Shown here: piece by piece, positions 1 to 14,360 of the stretch
Layout: each line of letters opens with the position of its first letter
Numbering within the stretch: position 1 is the stretch's first letter
DNA from: Octopus vulgaris
Lineage: Eukaryota
Assembly: GCA_951406725.2 (NCBI GenBank)
Contig: OX597816.1
Location: 33,170,001 to 33,234,000, forward strand
Direction of reading: 5' to 3'
Length of the DNA: 64,000 nt
Notes under the pieces: generated by a model
What the model was told of the DNA's origin: nothing
Databases searched by the model: none
Seen by the model: only the letters and a program-made list of their open reading frames with translations
Translations under genes and position numbers: made by a program

Positions 1-229
1 TTGAAAAAGGGGGAACTCTTGACGAGAGTTGAGAAATTCCTACATATATGGAACAACTATTCGGAAAGAATTCCATTTCTCCGTCAGATGACAACACACG
101 AGTTCTGGTCTTCTCGGAGGTCTTTGCAATGGCAAGAACTAGTTCAGGAATGCCATATACTCAAAGGATCGTTGATAGCGCACTTGTGCACTAACGATTG
201 ATACAGGCACACACATATTTACTAAAGCA

Positions 230-477
230 ACTACCATACACGGAACGCTCCCTGGGTTGGATTTGGAACCTGTAGTCGACTGTGGAATGTCCAAGAAGTG
301 TTCGAAAAATATTAACAGATTGGAGACGGATTTATCCTTCCAGTTATGCATACGCTCACGAGCATTGTCCAAATTACATAACGTATATGCGAAACCATAC
401 ATGAGAACACTCATGGCACGTATTCCACAGTCAACTATAGGTTCCAAATCCAACCCATAGAATGTTCCGTGTGTAGT
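230..477. repeat. Inverted repeat, ~57-bp arms around a ~130-bp spacer
   Basis: 253-288 tgggttggatttggaacctgtagtcgactgtggaat is the reverse complement of 422-457 with 2 mismatches; similarity extends out to acacggaac/gttccgtgt. Confidence 0.85.
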
Positions 478-849
478 GAAGTATAAACAATAACATGGTT
501 CGAAGTTCTTAATTCACGTCAAGAAAAACATTTTTTTACATGATGTAATAGTTTTGTTCATCAATAAAAAACGACTGTGAAATAGCTGTAGTGAACCTCA
601 ACCCATCAGTGATGCATTATGTTATATTATAATATATTATCTTATATTATATCATATGCGTGTGAGTATGTCTGTACGTGTGAGTGTGTCTGTACGTGTG
701 AGCTTCTGTGTTTTAGTGAACCTTTGTAGACGATATGTCTTTTGAATAGTAAAAAGCTAAAAAGAATTTCAACAGCAAAATCTGCCGCCATCATTTTAAA
801 AAGACCGAACTTGAATTATTGCAGACTTTGCTTTTTCCAATAGCAACAG

Positions 850-1130
850 ATGGATCTGAATGCTGCTGTCTTTAAAGACTGATAAAAATAAACTTTTCAA
901 ACTTGGTATAATAGCAGAATCAGAGAATTAGCTGGACAGAATTTCAAATCAGTAAACGTTGGACCAAACTGAAAGTGAGTAGAGGCTTGTAAAAGAACTG
1001 TGCAAACAAAAACATTGATACTTTTTAGCAAAACATAAGGACAAATAATGTACAAAAATTAATGGTTGCTGGAAAAGGTCAGTGAAAATGTCCAAGAAGT
1101 GTTCGAAAATACTAACAGATTGGAGATCTG
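850..1130 (+). pseudogene. Possible decayed pogo/Tigger-like DDE transposase C-terminal fragment
   Basis: Stop-ridden translation MDLNAAVFKD..TFQTWYNSRIRE..INGCWK loosely resembles the C-terminal end of DDE_1 transposases; judged by eye only. Confidence 0.3.
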
Positions 1131-1144
1131 GCAATTAATAAGAG

Positions 1145-1197
<53 letters not shown>

Positions 1198-1199
<2 letters not shown>

Positions 1200-1966
1200 C
1201 GTTATCGTACGTTAAATTCAACTTACATTGACAGTCAACAAACTAAGTTTGCTTTAGGAGCGTTGAGATGTATTGAAAGATACAAATAAGGAAATAATTT
1301 TATTTTCAAACGCAGAATAACACAAGTAATATAGCATGAACAGGATAAACTATCCATGTTTTGCAAAAAGACTGTCGGCGGCTAGCCATTAGACTAAAAC
1401 TTACTTTTCTGTGATTAAGCGTCAAGTGCTTTACCACTAAGCTAAAATGCCCCAACGACAAATTCTTCTGCAAATTTAGGATATACAAATCAAGCTATAA
1501 AAGACTCTATCATACGTTAAATTCAACTTACACTGAAAGTCAACAAACAATTTAGCAGAAAATCTGTCGGCGGCCAGCCATGAGGCTCCAACTCACATCC
1601 TCACGCTATCGTACGTTAAATATGAATAGTTTATCCTGTTCATGCTATATTATTAGCATCCTCCTGCGTTTGAGAATAAAAATTATTTCCTTATTTATAT
1701 CTTTCAATAGATCTCAACGCTTCTAAATCAAAATTTGTTGACTTTCAACGTAAGTTGAATTTAAAGTATGATAGCGTCTTATAAAGTTAGATTTCTATAT
1801 CCTAAATTCGCAGAACTATTTGTCGTTTGGGCAGTTTAGCTTAATGGTAACCGGGATGTGACTTCCAGTCTCATGGCTGGCCGCCGACAGATTTTTCTGC
1901 AAAGTATGGATAGTTTATCTTGTTTATGCTATATTATTGGCATTACCCTGCGTTTGAGAATAAAAT
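1198..1966. repeat. ~285-305-bp tandem repeat that switches orientation at ~1622
   Basis: Unit start tatcgtacgttaaat recurs near 1203, 1507 and 1607 on +. From 1626 the same unit runs on the - strand (atagtttatc.tgtt.atgctatattatt at 1626 and 1910). Confidence 0.85.
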
Positions 1967-2384
1967 ATATCAAACAATTATAAAGAATACGGAGACAGGT
2001 GGGTCATCGGAAAATCTTTTCTTTAATTTTACGGTCAGTCATACAACATTTGGTTACAATGACTGACACGTGTTTCTGCTACAAAGAGTATGTAGGGTTG
2101 CACACGCAATGCAGCATAATTTTCTGTGCACCTTCGTCCTTTTATAATGTACCTATCTCCGTATTCTTTATATTCTCTGAAATCTACATTTCTGATAATA
2201 TAATCCAGGGAAGCGAATCCGGAGCTACCAATTGGAAAAACTGTAGCGAGATTTCAAACACCTAGCGATCAGTGATGTTTGGTGCTGCTTGGTGCGGTTA
2301 ACCTAACCTGGAATATACCTGTGAGATACCACGGTACCTGTCTGGATGATTTTTTCCCTTTACACTCATATTTTATATATACGT

Positions 2385-2622
2385 GTTTTTATCTTTTACT
2401 TATTTCAGTCATTTGACAGCGGCCATTCCTTAAAGGGTTTTAGTCGAAAAAACCGACCCCAAGATATATTTCATATTTTTAAAAGCTTAGTACTTATTCT
2501 ATTGGTCTCTTTTGCCGACCCGCTAAGTTACGGAACTTAAACACAACAACCTCGGTTGTCAAGTGGTGGTGGGGTACAAACACACACATAAATACATACA
2601 TATATATATATGTGTGTGTACG

Positions 2623-2656
<34 letters not shown>

Positions 2657-2810
2657 CGACAGGCTTCTTTTAGTTTCCGTCTACTAAATTCATTCACAAG
2701 GCTTTGGTCAGCCGATGCTATAATAGAAGACCTTTGCCCAAGGTTCCACACAGTTGGACCGAACCCGAAAACATGTAGTTGGGAAGCAAGCTTCATACCA
2801 CACAGCCACG
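2385..2810 (-). mobile_element. tRNA-derived SINE family A (octopus-type)
   Basis: Colinear with the full copies at 45910-46357 and 46903-47295, including the internal (TA/CA)n tract and the gactgaaacaagtaaaaga-type tail. Confidence 0.85.
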
Positions 2811-3182
2811 GTTGAAAAATTGTCGGAGGAACTAACCATTGTCTAAAAGTTGGAGGTATTTTGTAGCTGTTAATGAGTAAAAATAGGAAAAGATCGTAGA
2901 ACAATATAGTTAGAATTTAAGACAGTAAATACTGTTAAATATGTTGACGGAAATGTGATTTCGAAAATAGTAGGAAGGAAATAAAATTATGAGGTGAGGT
3001 TAGCGATTAAATAGATATCAGTATTAGACTTGTACTTTATTTTCTCAATTTATCAGCAAAACTTGAACTCAGATGGCGCATGTCAAAACGAAGTACCACA
3101 AAGCATTATTTCCGGACTGTAACGATTCTGCTGATGAAACTATATCAATGAAACTATATCAATATTCAGGTAAATGTCTATG

Positions 3183-3400
3183 ACGGCGAGCTGGCAGAAT
3201 CGTTAGCACGCTGTGCGAAATGCTTAGCAGTATTTCGCCTGTCTTTACATTCTGAGTTTAAATTCCACCGAGGTGGACTTTGTCTTTTCATCCTTTGGGG
3301 TCGATAAATTAAGTAATAATTCCTTACTGGGGTCGATCTAATCAGCTGTTCCCCTATCCAAAAATTTCGGGCCATGTGCCTAGAGTAACAAAGAACTGAA
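3183..3400 (+). mobile_element. SINE family B (tRNA-like head, Meta/MESC-like core)
   Basis: Head ggcgagctggcagaatcgttagc, B-box-like gagtttaaattcc, core gactttgtcttttcatcctttggggtcgataaa. Degenerate relatives at ~2995-3130 (-), 3490-3570, 4430-4555 and 4625-4795. Confidence 0.85.
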
Positions 3401-3571
3401 AAGAATATCCAGCTAACCATATGGGGTAGCACGAAACACTCTTGTTGTCGATACATTGTCGAACAAAATGTTTGGCTCAACTTAGTTTACACTTTGAGTT
3501 CAAATCTTGTTACAGTCTTCCTTGACTTAAAATAAAGTAGCAGTTACATACTCTCTCGAATGACTCGATTA

Positions 3572-4099
3572 TATTGGGTTGAGGAATAATTTATGAGCAT
3601 TTTTTTTTTCAAATTTAAAAATGCACGCAGAAATAAAAAGCGTTGGGAAAATGTTTGATGTTGTCTGAAAGAGAACTTTTGGCTCAACAAGACTGTGGGT
3701 TTTAATTTTTAATTTTATTGATTTTTTGTGTATTTTCAGATCATTAAAATGGAATATCAAGCAGACAAAACTGAGCATTTTCGACACCATATACGTTTTG
3801 CCTTTAATCGAAGTGTTAAGTCCGCCGAAGCTGCTCTTGATATTTGTGCTGTGTATGGAGAAGGAGCAATATCTCAAAGTACCGACCGCCGTTGGTTTTC
3901 GCGCTTCAAAAATGGGTATTTTTACATGAAGGACGAATTACACACAGATCCACCAACTGAGTTCAATGACGAGCGATTGAATCAACTTCTTCACGAAAAT
4001 CCACGTCAAAAGACAAGGGAATTGCCGTTCAAGTTGGATTGTAGTAAAAAAAATGTGGTGAACCACTTTCACTCAATGGGCAAGGTTCATCGGAATTAA
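3572..4099 (+). mobile_element. mariner transposon 5' fragment (left TIR plus HTH domains)
   Basis: TA followed by a tattgggttgagg terminus. ORF 3728-4099 (HFRHHIRFAFNRSVKSAEAALDICAVYGEGAISQSTDRRWFSRFKNG..ENPRQKTREL) is a mariner N-terminal HTH region, truncated before the catalytic domain. Confidence 0.9.
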
Positions 4100-5124
4100 T
4101 TCCCATTACGTGGAGGTGGTATTATTGATCTAACCTGATAGGTAAGGTTAAGATTTGTGTTAGAAATCGATATTGCTGTCGTCGTTTTTGTTTAGACCTA
4201 CCTATAATAAGCAAGCAAACTTATGAGGAAAATTATTCTGGCCATAACTTTCTTAATTTTTTTTTATTATATGCTAGTAACCCAAGATCACATCACTCAA
4301 CGTGTCTTTTGTAAGATTTGAGAGAGATTTGCCAGATATTACTATTCGATAAGACGACTATATAGAAGTTTCTAACTGGAGTGCTAAATTAACAGAATTG
4401 AGGAAACGTCGGATAAAATTCAAATAATACTGTGGTCGAGTTCGTTCCAATCGTAGCGGATTTGATAAAGTCAACTACTAGTTTAAAGCTGGAGTCGATA
4501 TAATCGACTATACCCTCTCCTTTAATTTTTTGTTTAGTACCAAAGATACAAATTCATATTCTTGAATAAAACGTGTTCTGATGAATAGGCAGAATGGTGG
4601 AACGATGGCAGATATATTGATAACTAACTAAATTTTAAAGTAATTTTAGTTCAAAGTCCGCTGTAGCAAATATTGTTTTTATCCTTCCATAGCAGATAAA
4701 AATATGATACCAATGAAACATTGGAGTAGAGACATTCAGCTTCATCCATCTCCTTAAATATATACACTCTTTCCTAATTTAGAAGCCAATATACTTTAAA
4801 ATTGTTTTTCGATGATTTTACGAGTTATAATTTTTATCAGATCATCTTTAGTGAAGGCGTTTTTCTAGATCAGATCTATTTTGGATCATTCATATTAAGA
4901 TTCTGCTGTGTAGCCAACTTCAATGTGGAATGCATCCAACAGGTCGAACCTACTTGAAACACACACACACACACACACAAAGTGTGTATATATATACATA
5001 AAGTTTGAAATGTCGAAAACTCGTTCATATTTCACTTCTCTTCTCTTTGGTAAAGATTATCATCCATAATGTTAGTTCTACTTCCTTTCATTTGGCGGAT
5101 TTATTTTCAATAGTTTTTTTTTTC

Positions 5125-5432
5125 ATTTTTATCTTTTTTACTTGTTACTCTTTAGAGCCTGGCTATTCTGAAGAACTGCCTTGAAGGATTTTAGTCCTCT
5201 TTTGCTGAAAAGCTACGTTACAGGGACATAAACACTCTAACACCGGTTGTCAAGCGGTAATGGAGGAGAGATCTAGACACCTTTATATATATTGATGTCA
5301 CGGCATTCTTCCAGTTTCCACCTAACAAATCCACTCACAAGGCTTGGTCCGCCGGAGACTATACTGAAAGGCACGTGGCCAAGATGCAAAGCAGTAGGAG
5401 TGAACCCGGAACTATATGGTTGGAAAGCAAAT
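5125..5432 (-). mobile_element. SINE family A, decayed
   Basis: aaatccactcacaaggct..gaacccggaac..tggttggaaagcaa matches family A. Confidence 0.75.
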
Positions 5433-6479
5433 GTCGTACATTATTTACTAACTTTCATATTTCTAGACATTTTTTGCTGTTCTATGTATTTTACTTGCGT
5501 TTATATGCATACATATATATGGACACAAACATACGTTTCAATACAGACATAAGTCATGCATACAGAGTGTTAATACCCATATGTATATTACACACACACA
5601 CACGACCCACGCACGTAAAGAAACGCTTACCCACTTTGTTAAATTCTGTTTTGCCCTTAGCTCTTACATACTCTGCCACTCACATTCTTCATTCATCTCT
5701 TGCTTTCTCTCTCTACTTTTTTTTCTGTTTGAAACACTTTTCTCGTGGTTTCTGACTACCACAGTCAAACGATTGAAATGATATTTGAAAAAAATATATT
5801 TTAGTATTGGGATGGATTGAATGCTAACTTTCAACAGTGTTGTGGAAGATCGAATCAGATATTAAGGTAGATTTGGGGTGGAATGTGTAATAATGTTGCG
5901 GTTGAGTTAGGCTTTCTTAAGTGATATTTGGAGGTAGATTAGGAGTGATATTGAGGGATATTTTGGAGAAAATTACTTGATTAAAAATATAAGAATTCTG
6001 AGAAAAGTACATTTTATGTGTGAATACAGCATTCCTTTATTTAACAATACCACCTTATATTTGTGTGTGTGTGTGTGCGTGTGATTGTATTTATGCTATG
6101 TGCAAACACGCACGAACACACTATATAAATGGAAATTGTGCATATATATAAATATATATATACTATAGATCTATTGCCTATACTCTTACCTTACGTTCTC
6201 TCTCTCTCCCTCTCTCTCTCCCTCTCTCTCTCTCTGTGTTTATGTCCGTGTCTATATGAGAGCATACATATTTGTGTGTGTGTGTGCGAGTGTATGAATG
6301 TATATATGTTTGTGAATATTTATCGATCATGACCCTGTTAAATATATTTTACTTTTAATTTAATTTATTTTGTGATAGTTATTGTACGTATATTTTACAC
6401 ATTATACTTTCAGCATTAAACAGCAACACACACACATACAGACTCGCGTGTATGTATACACACACACGCACATATATAT

Positions 6480-6568
6480 AACTATGTGTGCATGTGTATA
6501 TACATGCATATATATATATATATATATAAATATATACATACAAATATATATTTATACATACAAATATA

Positions 6569-6606
<38 letters not shown>

Positions 6607-6747
6607 CATACAAATATATATATGTATATATATATACATACAAATATATATATGTATATATATACATACAAATATATATATGTATATATATATACATACA
6701 AATACATATTTGTATATATATATATATATATATATACATATATATAT

Positions 6748-6782
<35 letters not shown>

Positions 6783-6800
6783 CTCACAACTATACATATA
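6480..6800. repeat. TA-rich mini/microsatellite (tacatacaaatatatatatgta units)
   Basis: Direct inspection; explains the overlapping YIYI ORFs. Confidence 0.9.
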
Positions 6801-7609
6801 TACATACTAACACTTGTGCATTTAGATCTTAAAAAATAACATTAAGCGATAAATACTCTCAGAATTCAAAGAAATAGAGGCTTTTAAGTTTTCATGTATG
6901 TAAGATAGCGATTGATGTTGCATTCATCTTGGGAATTGAACTATCTGCTCATGTCTTTAAATGTGTGATTATGAGTGTCGTGTTCGAGCTTATATGTATA
7001 TCTATATAACAGTGGGATTATGTGTGTATGTGTGTGTGTGTCTGTGTATTAACTTCTTTGTATAATCTTACATATGTCTCAGTGTTCTTATGCGAATGTA
7101 TGAAATTCTGTGGACGAATTTATGTTTGTTTTTTTTTACGCAAATATCTGTGAGCTTATATGTGTATGTACATTATTTTGTATCTGTGTGACCTGTGTAT
7201 TGTCCAGACATTAAGTGCTACACACTATAACGTTTGTAACTAGCATTTACGATCAAGCTAAATGTCATCACATAACATGAAGACCTGATAGTTTGGCTGG
7301 GCAACATAATTTCTCTTTCTTTAGCTCAGCTATGAACGTAAGTAGTATATTGATATTTTACAGATACTTTGGAGACATAATTTATATTTATACTTGCACA
7401 AATACACGTAAATACACACTTTGATGTAAAGACTAGCATACATATGTATTTATTAAAGTGCAGCATAAATTGTGCTAAGTAGAACGTTCTCCAGACGGAC
7501 GTCATCGAATGATATCCATGTGAACAATTCTCTATTTAGCATGAAACGTTATTCCTCAAGAAATTGAAAAGTTTATCTGTTCCATTAAAACACACACACA
7601 CACACGCAA

Positions 7610-7679
<70 letters not shown>

Positions 7680-8120
7680 GCAAGCACTCATCGAGAAAAG
7701 CACTGCTTACTCTCATTTTTATTCGTGAAACAAATTAAGATACATATACACATGCATTTTCCGTGTGCACGCACACATATACAGACATATATATATGTGT
7801 GTGTATGTGCGTGTAAACATAATTATACATGCATAAACATGTGTAAATATATATATATATATAGTCTCACAAATAACAGTAGTACTAAGGTTAACATTTC
7901 GCGTTACTCCGATTTCCTCGAAGGCAGTTTTTCAAAAGAACAGTTTTATTTGACCGCTAATAACGGTATAAACAGTTGATGAAAGCAAAACTTACGAAAA
8001 ATTAATATTCGAAATATTCAGATAAATAAATATTTATATGACTGTTGAATAACATATGAAGCGTAAGCAAAACTTGAAAATACTCTCTCTGATTCTCATT
8101 GAGTAGATGGAAATGAGAAG

Positions 8121-8151
<31 letters not shown>

Positions 8152-8867
8152 AGAGAATGTGTGTGTGTTAGATTCTATATCAATGGAAACGCGATATAGA
8201 AAGGAAAGGTGGTAGAAAGGCAGACGATAATTGATTGGGGAAAGAAAGAGAGCAACTAACAGAGAAAGAAAGAAAGAAAGAAACAGAATGAAAGAAAGGA
8301 AAAAGAAACAGACAGAAACAGTGAGAGGAAAGATGATGGTGATAAGATGTGATAATTCATATCCATTATAGTCAGTGAAATACAATGTCAAAATCGAGAT
8401 GTATATACATGCATACTAAGGATACAACGTTTTGATTTTTACTCAAAAACAATTTCCTGTATCATACTTAGATGAGCTTTTATGCGTAAGTAACTAAAAT
8501 GAACTCACTTTTGAGCTATCTTTAAGGAAGTTCATGCATGAAACCATTTTTGTATTCCTAGGTAAAACTTGTTTGAATATGGGCAAGTTTGTTTAATACT
8601 CTGGGCTTTCAATAAAGTCTTAGAATTTATAAAACCTCAGAGGTGATTAGATTGTGTTGTTAAGTCATCATTCTTAGTCATGAAGCAATCAATTAAATCC
8701 TTTCAGTTTAACCCTTGTTGTTTCGGTTTCAATGTGTGTTCTGCACGACTGCTAGCGGTGTGTTATATAAGAAAAGCTTCGAAATTCTTCAGAAGAACAA
8801 GGAGAAATTTGGTGCATATCCAGTCCTCATTCATATAGAGGTCATGTGCCGTATCGATAAGATACCG

Positions 8868-9121
8868 GGATGTAAACACACCAACACCAGTTGTCAAATG
8901 ATAATGGGAGGACAAATACAGACATACATATACATTGATATATATGCATACATATACGACGTGCTTCTTTCAGCTTCAGTCTACGGAATCTACTCACAAG
9001 GCTTTGGTCGGCCCGAGGCTACAGTAGAAGACACTGGTCCAAGACATCACGCAGTGGGACTGAGACCGGAACCCTGTGGTTGGAAAGCAAATTCTTACCA
9101 CACAGCTACTCCTGCGCCTAT
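8868..9121 (-). mobile_element. SINE family A, 5' half
   Basis: Ends cacacagctactcctgcgcc, the reverse complement of the tRNA-like head. Confidence 0.85.
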
Positions 9122-9599
9122 GTGGGTATTTTGTCCGAGTATATTCCAGTACTTAGTCTCACATTCACTAAATAACATGCTAAAACAACTAACAGGGAGA
9201 GAGAAAAAAGTCATAATGAAAACGCACTGGAAATCGTTTTTTTTTTTACCACAATTTTGCAATTTGCTCCAGAACACGAAATTTATGGGTTTAGGAGTTA
9301 AATCTACCCCTCCTCCCGAGGTTGATTCTAGGGTGCTCTAATCGAAATGTTTAAAAAAGCAAGATTCCATTCTTACACAAATATTTTGAAAACTGTCTTA
9401 AAAAGGCTGAAATAGTCACTCTGGCAAAACAGTGAATCTTTATGAGACAGATGTATTGTATCAGATTGGGTCAAAATTTCTTTTAGGATTTTCACATGGT
9501 ATTTGGCAATTTGTATATTAATGGTGTATCAATAATTTGATACAACTTGTCCATTCGTTGCTGGATTGTTTATTCTTATTTTCATATACAACATATAAA

Positions 9600-10350
9600 C
9601 ATTAATTGATGCTTTGAATATGAGTGGTAAAAACAAATTGCTATTAAGTCATTTTACGCTCCCTGTGGGTGCACGGGCAGCGGTAAAAAAAATAATGATG
9701 TAGAATGCCCAGGAAATCAACGAACGTGTGACAAAACACTGGTTCAGAAGTATCATGTAAGGTGACATCAGCTCAGAAAACAAACCATGATCTGTTATGG
9801 ATTAGGAGATGTTGCTTGAAATTGCTGAACTTGTATATTGTCCGCACAACTTGGTCCTTCCCAACGCGCAATCAGTCGACATCCGTACGCTTTGCGTTGA
9901 GAACAGATGCTGTCGAGAAACTCCTCAGAAACTTACCAATGACCAGGCTCCACAGCGTGTGGAGGTTTGCAAACAACTGCTGGTGAATCCCTGAGATGCC
10001 TATTTTGGGCGTTAAATTGTAACGTGGGATGAAAATTGGATCTATTTTCGTAATCCTAATAAGAAGAATCAGAATTTGTTGTCAAACTAGAGCAGTTTGA
10101 ACAGAAGATCATGTTGCGTGTTAGGTGGAACTTTGATGTTAGTTGTACTTTGAGCTTGCGTGTTTGGTCACGCTGTCAACGCTAAAATGTATGCTCGACG
10201 ACTGTAATGAGTTTATGATGCCTTGAAAGCCTGCAACCAGGCATTGGTCAATCGAAGACGTGCAATCCTACAGCCTGACAATACCCCACCACGCACTGTC
10301 AATGTGACCAGTTACAAATATAATTGAAACTTCGCATCTAACGTCCACAT
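9600..10350 (+). pseudogene. Decayed mariner transposase
   Basis: Remnants IVTWDENWIYFRNP (~10015), QKIMLRVRWN (~10102) and LQPDNTPPRT (~10268; HDNARPH motif), with many stops and frameshifts. Confidence 0.8.
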
Positions 10351-12394
10351 AGCATACACTTTAGCCTATCCGAAGTTCAGTCTTAATAAACCAGTAAGAA
10401 TGAAATTGATTCATTAAAGCAACCTTTTTTGACAAACTTCTAACAAGAATCAAGTCTAGCAATGCATTTTGCGTCAGGGAAAATTATTCTACTCTAATTA
10501 ATGGCTGAATTCTAATACACATAGGGATTCTTGCGGTAGCAAAATTATTTAGTTACATGAAAATTACGATCTACGACGAATGAGGCTAACTGCAATTGAC
10601 TGTATAGACGTCTGTTCATACGAATTTCACGATGTTTCGTACAAACAGACAGCTTGAAGTATTATGCATTGACTGGGATTAATTCATAATGATATTATTT
10701 CTTAAAGTAAGACTGATTAATTTTGATTTACTTTGTGTATTTACTGTTTTTATTTATGCAAATATCGAATAGGAATCTTTATATCCCACTTATCGTGGAC
10801 GTACTTTAAGAATATCATAAAACTGCACTAACAACTCTTATAGACGTGTAGTGCTGCATCTCGACGATGTGTGTTCACAGAACAAATACTTCAGTTTTAT
10901 GGCTTTCTTAACGTCTGAACGAGATGCTTTCTCAGGACAAATACCGCAGTCTTATGGTTTTCTAAGATTATTTCTGCGTTAAACAGGTTATAATGATTGT
11001 CGTTTAGTACTAATACTGCTTCCGTCACTAATAACTAATACAAATATTGTTATAGGGTGAGATAATTATTTACTTATAGAAATTGCTAATTTTATGACAG
11101 CGATAGAAAGTGATGAAGGCTAATCTCCGGTTTCGACAGTACATTTTGTGGATTCACTCCTTCGTTTCCAAAATATGCAACCACAAATTTATCATACCCT
11201 CATTCTTGTACATCTTAGATGTTGCTCACATTGCCATATTTCTGCGAATCTACATGTGACGATCTAAGGTTACGGCGTACAATAATGAGATACGCTGCCA
11301 GAAAACAGGATGAGAGGCACTACATAGTAATTGTCATATCTCTAGAGGATGAATTTGTTATTTTCATGAATAGTTTTTGTCTTTTAATTTCGGACAGAAC
11401 ATTATTCCCTGGTACAAAACGCCCATAAGACAAAACTCTCTTGTGTAAAATATCATGTGCATAAATACTCTTCGATATAAACCCTACAATAAAAATGTTA
11501 ATTCGGACGAACCCACAGTTAAAAAGAAAATAAGAGGCAACATTTTGAATTTTCATAACGAAAATCATCACAAATTTAGATCATTTATTAATAATATTTT
11601 GTAATTTGATTTGTTAAAATCTGAGGTGAACGAATACAAAACTGGAACCTTCTGTTAATTACATTTAGCATAGGTTGTAAAACAAGTTTTTTTTACATTT
11701 GTCCGGTTGGTAACGTTAATTAGGTAGAAGAGAGAAACAGAGGTAAAAATGCTGTGTTCACAAACATTAATGATCCAACAGTTAATTATTTGCATTTGCA
11801 TATATTTATTATTTTAAGCAGTTGTATTTACATATGTACAATTAATTATTAGTATTGATAAACGTGTTATGTATGTGATATTTAAAAGTTGTCACGACGT
11901 AAGATGCTTCGCTTACTATTGTTACGTATTTGTACATGGCTTCCATAAACTGAACAAAGCAAATGATTATATGGAAAGTTAATTGCATGTATATAAATAT
12001 GTATGTTTGCCTTCATTACAATCCAATGTTGATATATAAGGCATGCTATGCAAAATAAGTAAAAGAAGGGGAATACTTTTCATTCAAATGAGCGCCGGAA
12101 TTCTCTGTAGTGCCCGAGGTGATAACGTTTTGGGGTTCAGTTCCCTATCACTTTATAACCTTGAGCAAAGCTTCCAGAACATCTGAAATACAATGTGGCA
12201 GGAATTCATGCAACTTTGCTTTAACTCTACTGCCTTGTTGGATATTTGTGTTGGTGTTTGGTGGAGGCAATTGGCTTTGACAATCCCATTTTCCAGAGAG
12301 TGACAACCTCCTATAATAATCTTTCTTCATATTTAAAGAGGGAGAAAAGAGGTGGAGGAAATTGTAGTAGTTTTCAATAAAGAACGGAACTAAC

Positions 12395-12560
12395 TGCATT
12401 GTGCACTCCCAACCACATGATTTCAGGTTCAGTTCCACTACGTGACATCTTGAGCAAGTGTCTTCTACTATAGCCCCAGACCAACCAAAGGATTGCGAAT
12501 TAATTTGATAGGCGAAAACTGAAAGAAGCCCATTATATGTGTATGAGTGAGTGTGTGTCG
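12395..12560 (+). mobile_element. SINE family A, 5' fragment
   Basis: cccaaccacatg..ggttcagttccact..gcaagtgtcttctactatagcc..aaactgaaagaagccc. Confidence 0.75.
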
Positions 12561-13762
12561 AACAGCTACAGAATAACTAAATAGACATTCGTAAGCGAAT
12601 CCACATTTATCTACACTGTCAAAACAAGTCCTCGGCTTATTGTCTTCACCAGTTGCACTGAGAGATTTCTGAGAATGAACTGACCTCTTATATCTTTTTC
12701 GAGGCGTGCACGGATCAAAACTGATTTGAGAAAAGAAATTTATTGTCTTAGCTTCACCTAATTCTATTGGCAAAAATATAAATACACAAGCCAAATTACT
12801 CCCTTATGGTAAATCGACGCTTATCAAGATCATGGCTGCTTTCCTCACTTCAGGTACATCTTGTCATGAGCGCGAGAACACAGCCGTGACTATTTATCCA
12901 TCTCATCTACCTTTTCCTTCTCCATCTCTCTTTCTCTCTTCTCCCTCTTCCTCTCAGTCACAGAGAAGTACCTAACTACTATCCCATAGAACAAGCTGTG
13001 TACACTCGATATATTTTTTTATATATCTTAACGACTAATATTATAACTTCCTTAATAAATGGCCATATTAATAATCAAGCAAATATTATTCTTTATTCAT
13101 TTCTCCAATGCATTATGTCATTAAATTCCGTCAAAATAAGTGAAAGATAAATTGCGTTTAAACAAGTAAAATTTTCAAAAGGTTGAAAACTTTACGTCCT
13201 TACCCTTTTCCTTCATTAGAGTGTATGCAAACTGACTTGATTAACATGTTAATATGTGTTTTAGCTGTTAATTGAAGTGCTTGAATGACCACATAGGTAT
13301 CCCTCACTGTCTGGAGGTAAGAGTTTTTTTTTTCTTTATTTCACTAACACTAAGTGCCATCTCCATCTATTAGATTATTTAAGTTGTTTATTTGCAAGTA
13401 GACTTCACTTCAACACTCAAACTATCACCATATGGTCTTGTATTTTAAATCATATACAGTTAAGAACACGAATTCTGCTTTAATCAATCATCATTGACAG
13501 AAGTGAAAGTGATTTCCTAATCTATAGATTCGTCTACCCCAGACTACAGTATCCAGTGTGTGTGGGGAGAGGGCGTAAGACAATATGGTTTGCTTTTAAC
13601 GAGATTTGGCAGCTATTTCTAGTAGATTGTGCTAAAATATGTTTTGTTCTTATTTACAAACTTATTAATACTGATCCTGTCGAAAGACGCCTGTTTGTGA
13701 TGTCCTGTTATTGTTATTATTATGATTATTATTATTATTATTATTGTTGTTGTTGTTTTTAC

Positions 13763-13794
<32 letters not shown>

Positions 13795-14169
13795 GTTTTT
13801 ACGTATTATTTTTGTATTCATATTCGTGTAACATCGTCCGTTTTTCTGTCCATGTTTTGTGTATATTCGAAGCTTTCTTCCAAGGAATCTAATGCGCTTA
13901 GCTTAGTTTTTCCTTGGGGTTGGCCAGATTGGAGCAATCTCAAGATTAATCAACCGAAATTGCGAGCATGATCCGGTTCTTGACTGAAGATTGATGGCGT
14001 CGAATGTCCCGTCCGTGTTTTTTGTATCGTCTTCTAAATCTTTGTGTTCTTTTCCCAGTTTGTATTTTTTATACATATATATATATATATTCGTTCATAG
14101 CTTCTTTTCTTTTTTTTGTTTGTCAAATCTACTTTCTGCACTCATTATGTTTAGTCTATTCAATGCAGC

Positions 14170-14360
14170 TAGTGAGCAGAATCGCTGCTGCACAAGGCAA
14201 GATGCTTAGTGGCATGTTGTCCGTCTTTATGCTCTGAGTTCAAGTGCCACTGGGGTCAACTTTCAGGGTCGATAAAATAAGTACTAGTTTAGCACTAGAG
14301 TCAATGTAATTGACTAGCACCATCCTTTGAAATAGCTGTCTTTGTGCCAAAATTTGAATC
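14170..14360 (+). mobile_element. SINE family B, decayed
   Basis: gcagaatcg..gatgcttag..ctgagttcaa..gggtcgataaaataagtac. Another copy at ~16215-16395. Confidence 0.75.

Noticed and set aside
7325-7337. 13-nt micro-exon (tttctttag|ctcagctatgaac|gtaagt)
   Set aside because: Good splice-like signals, but not frame-preserving and plausible by chance in AT-rich DNA.
8715-9341. 208-aa ORF
   Set aside because: It runs through an antisense SINE and has no recognisable domain.
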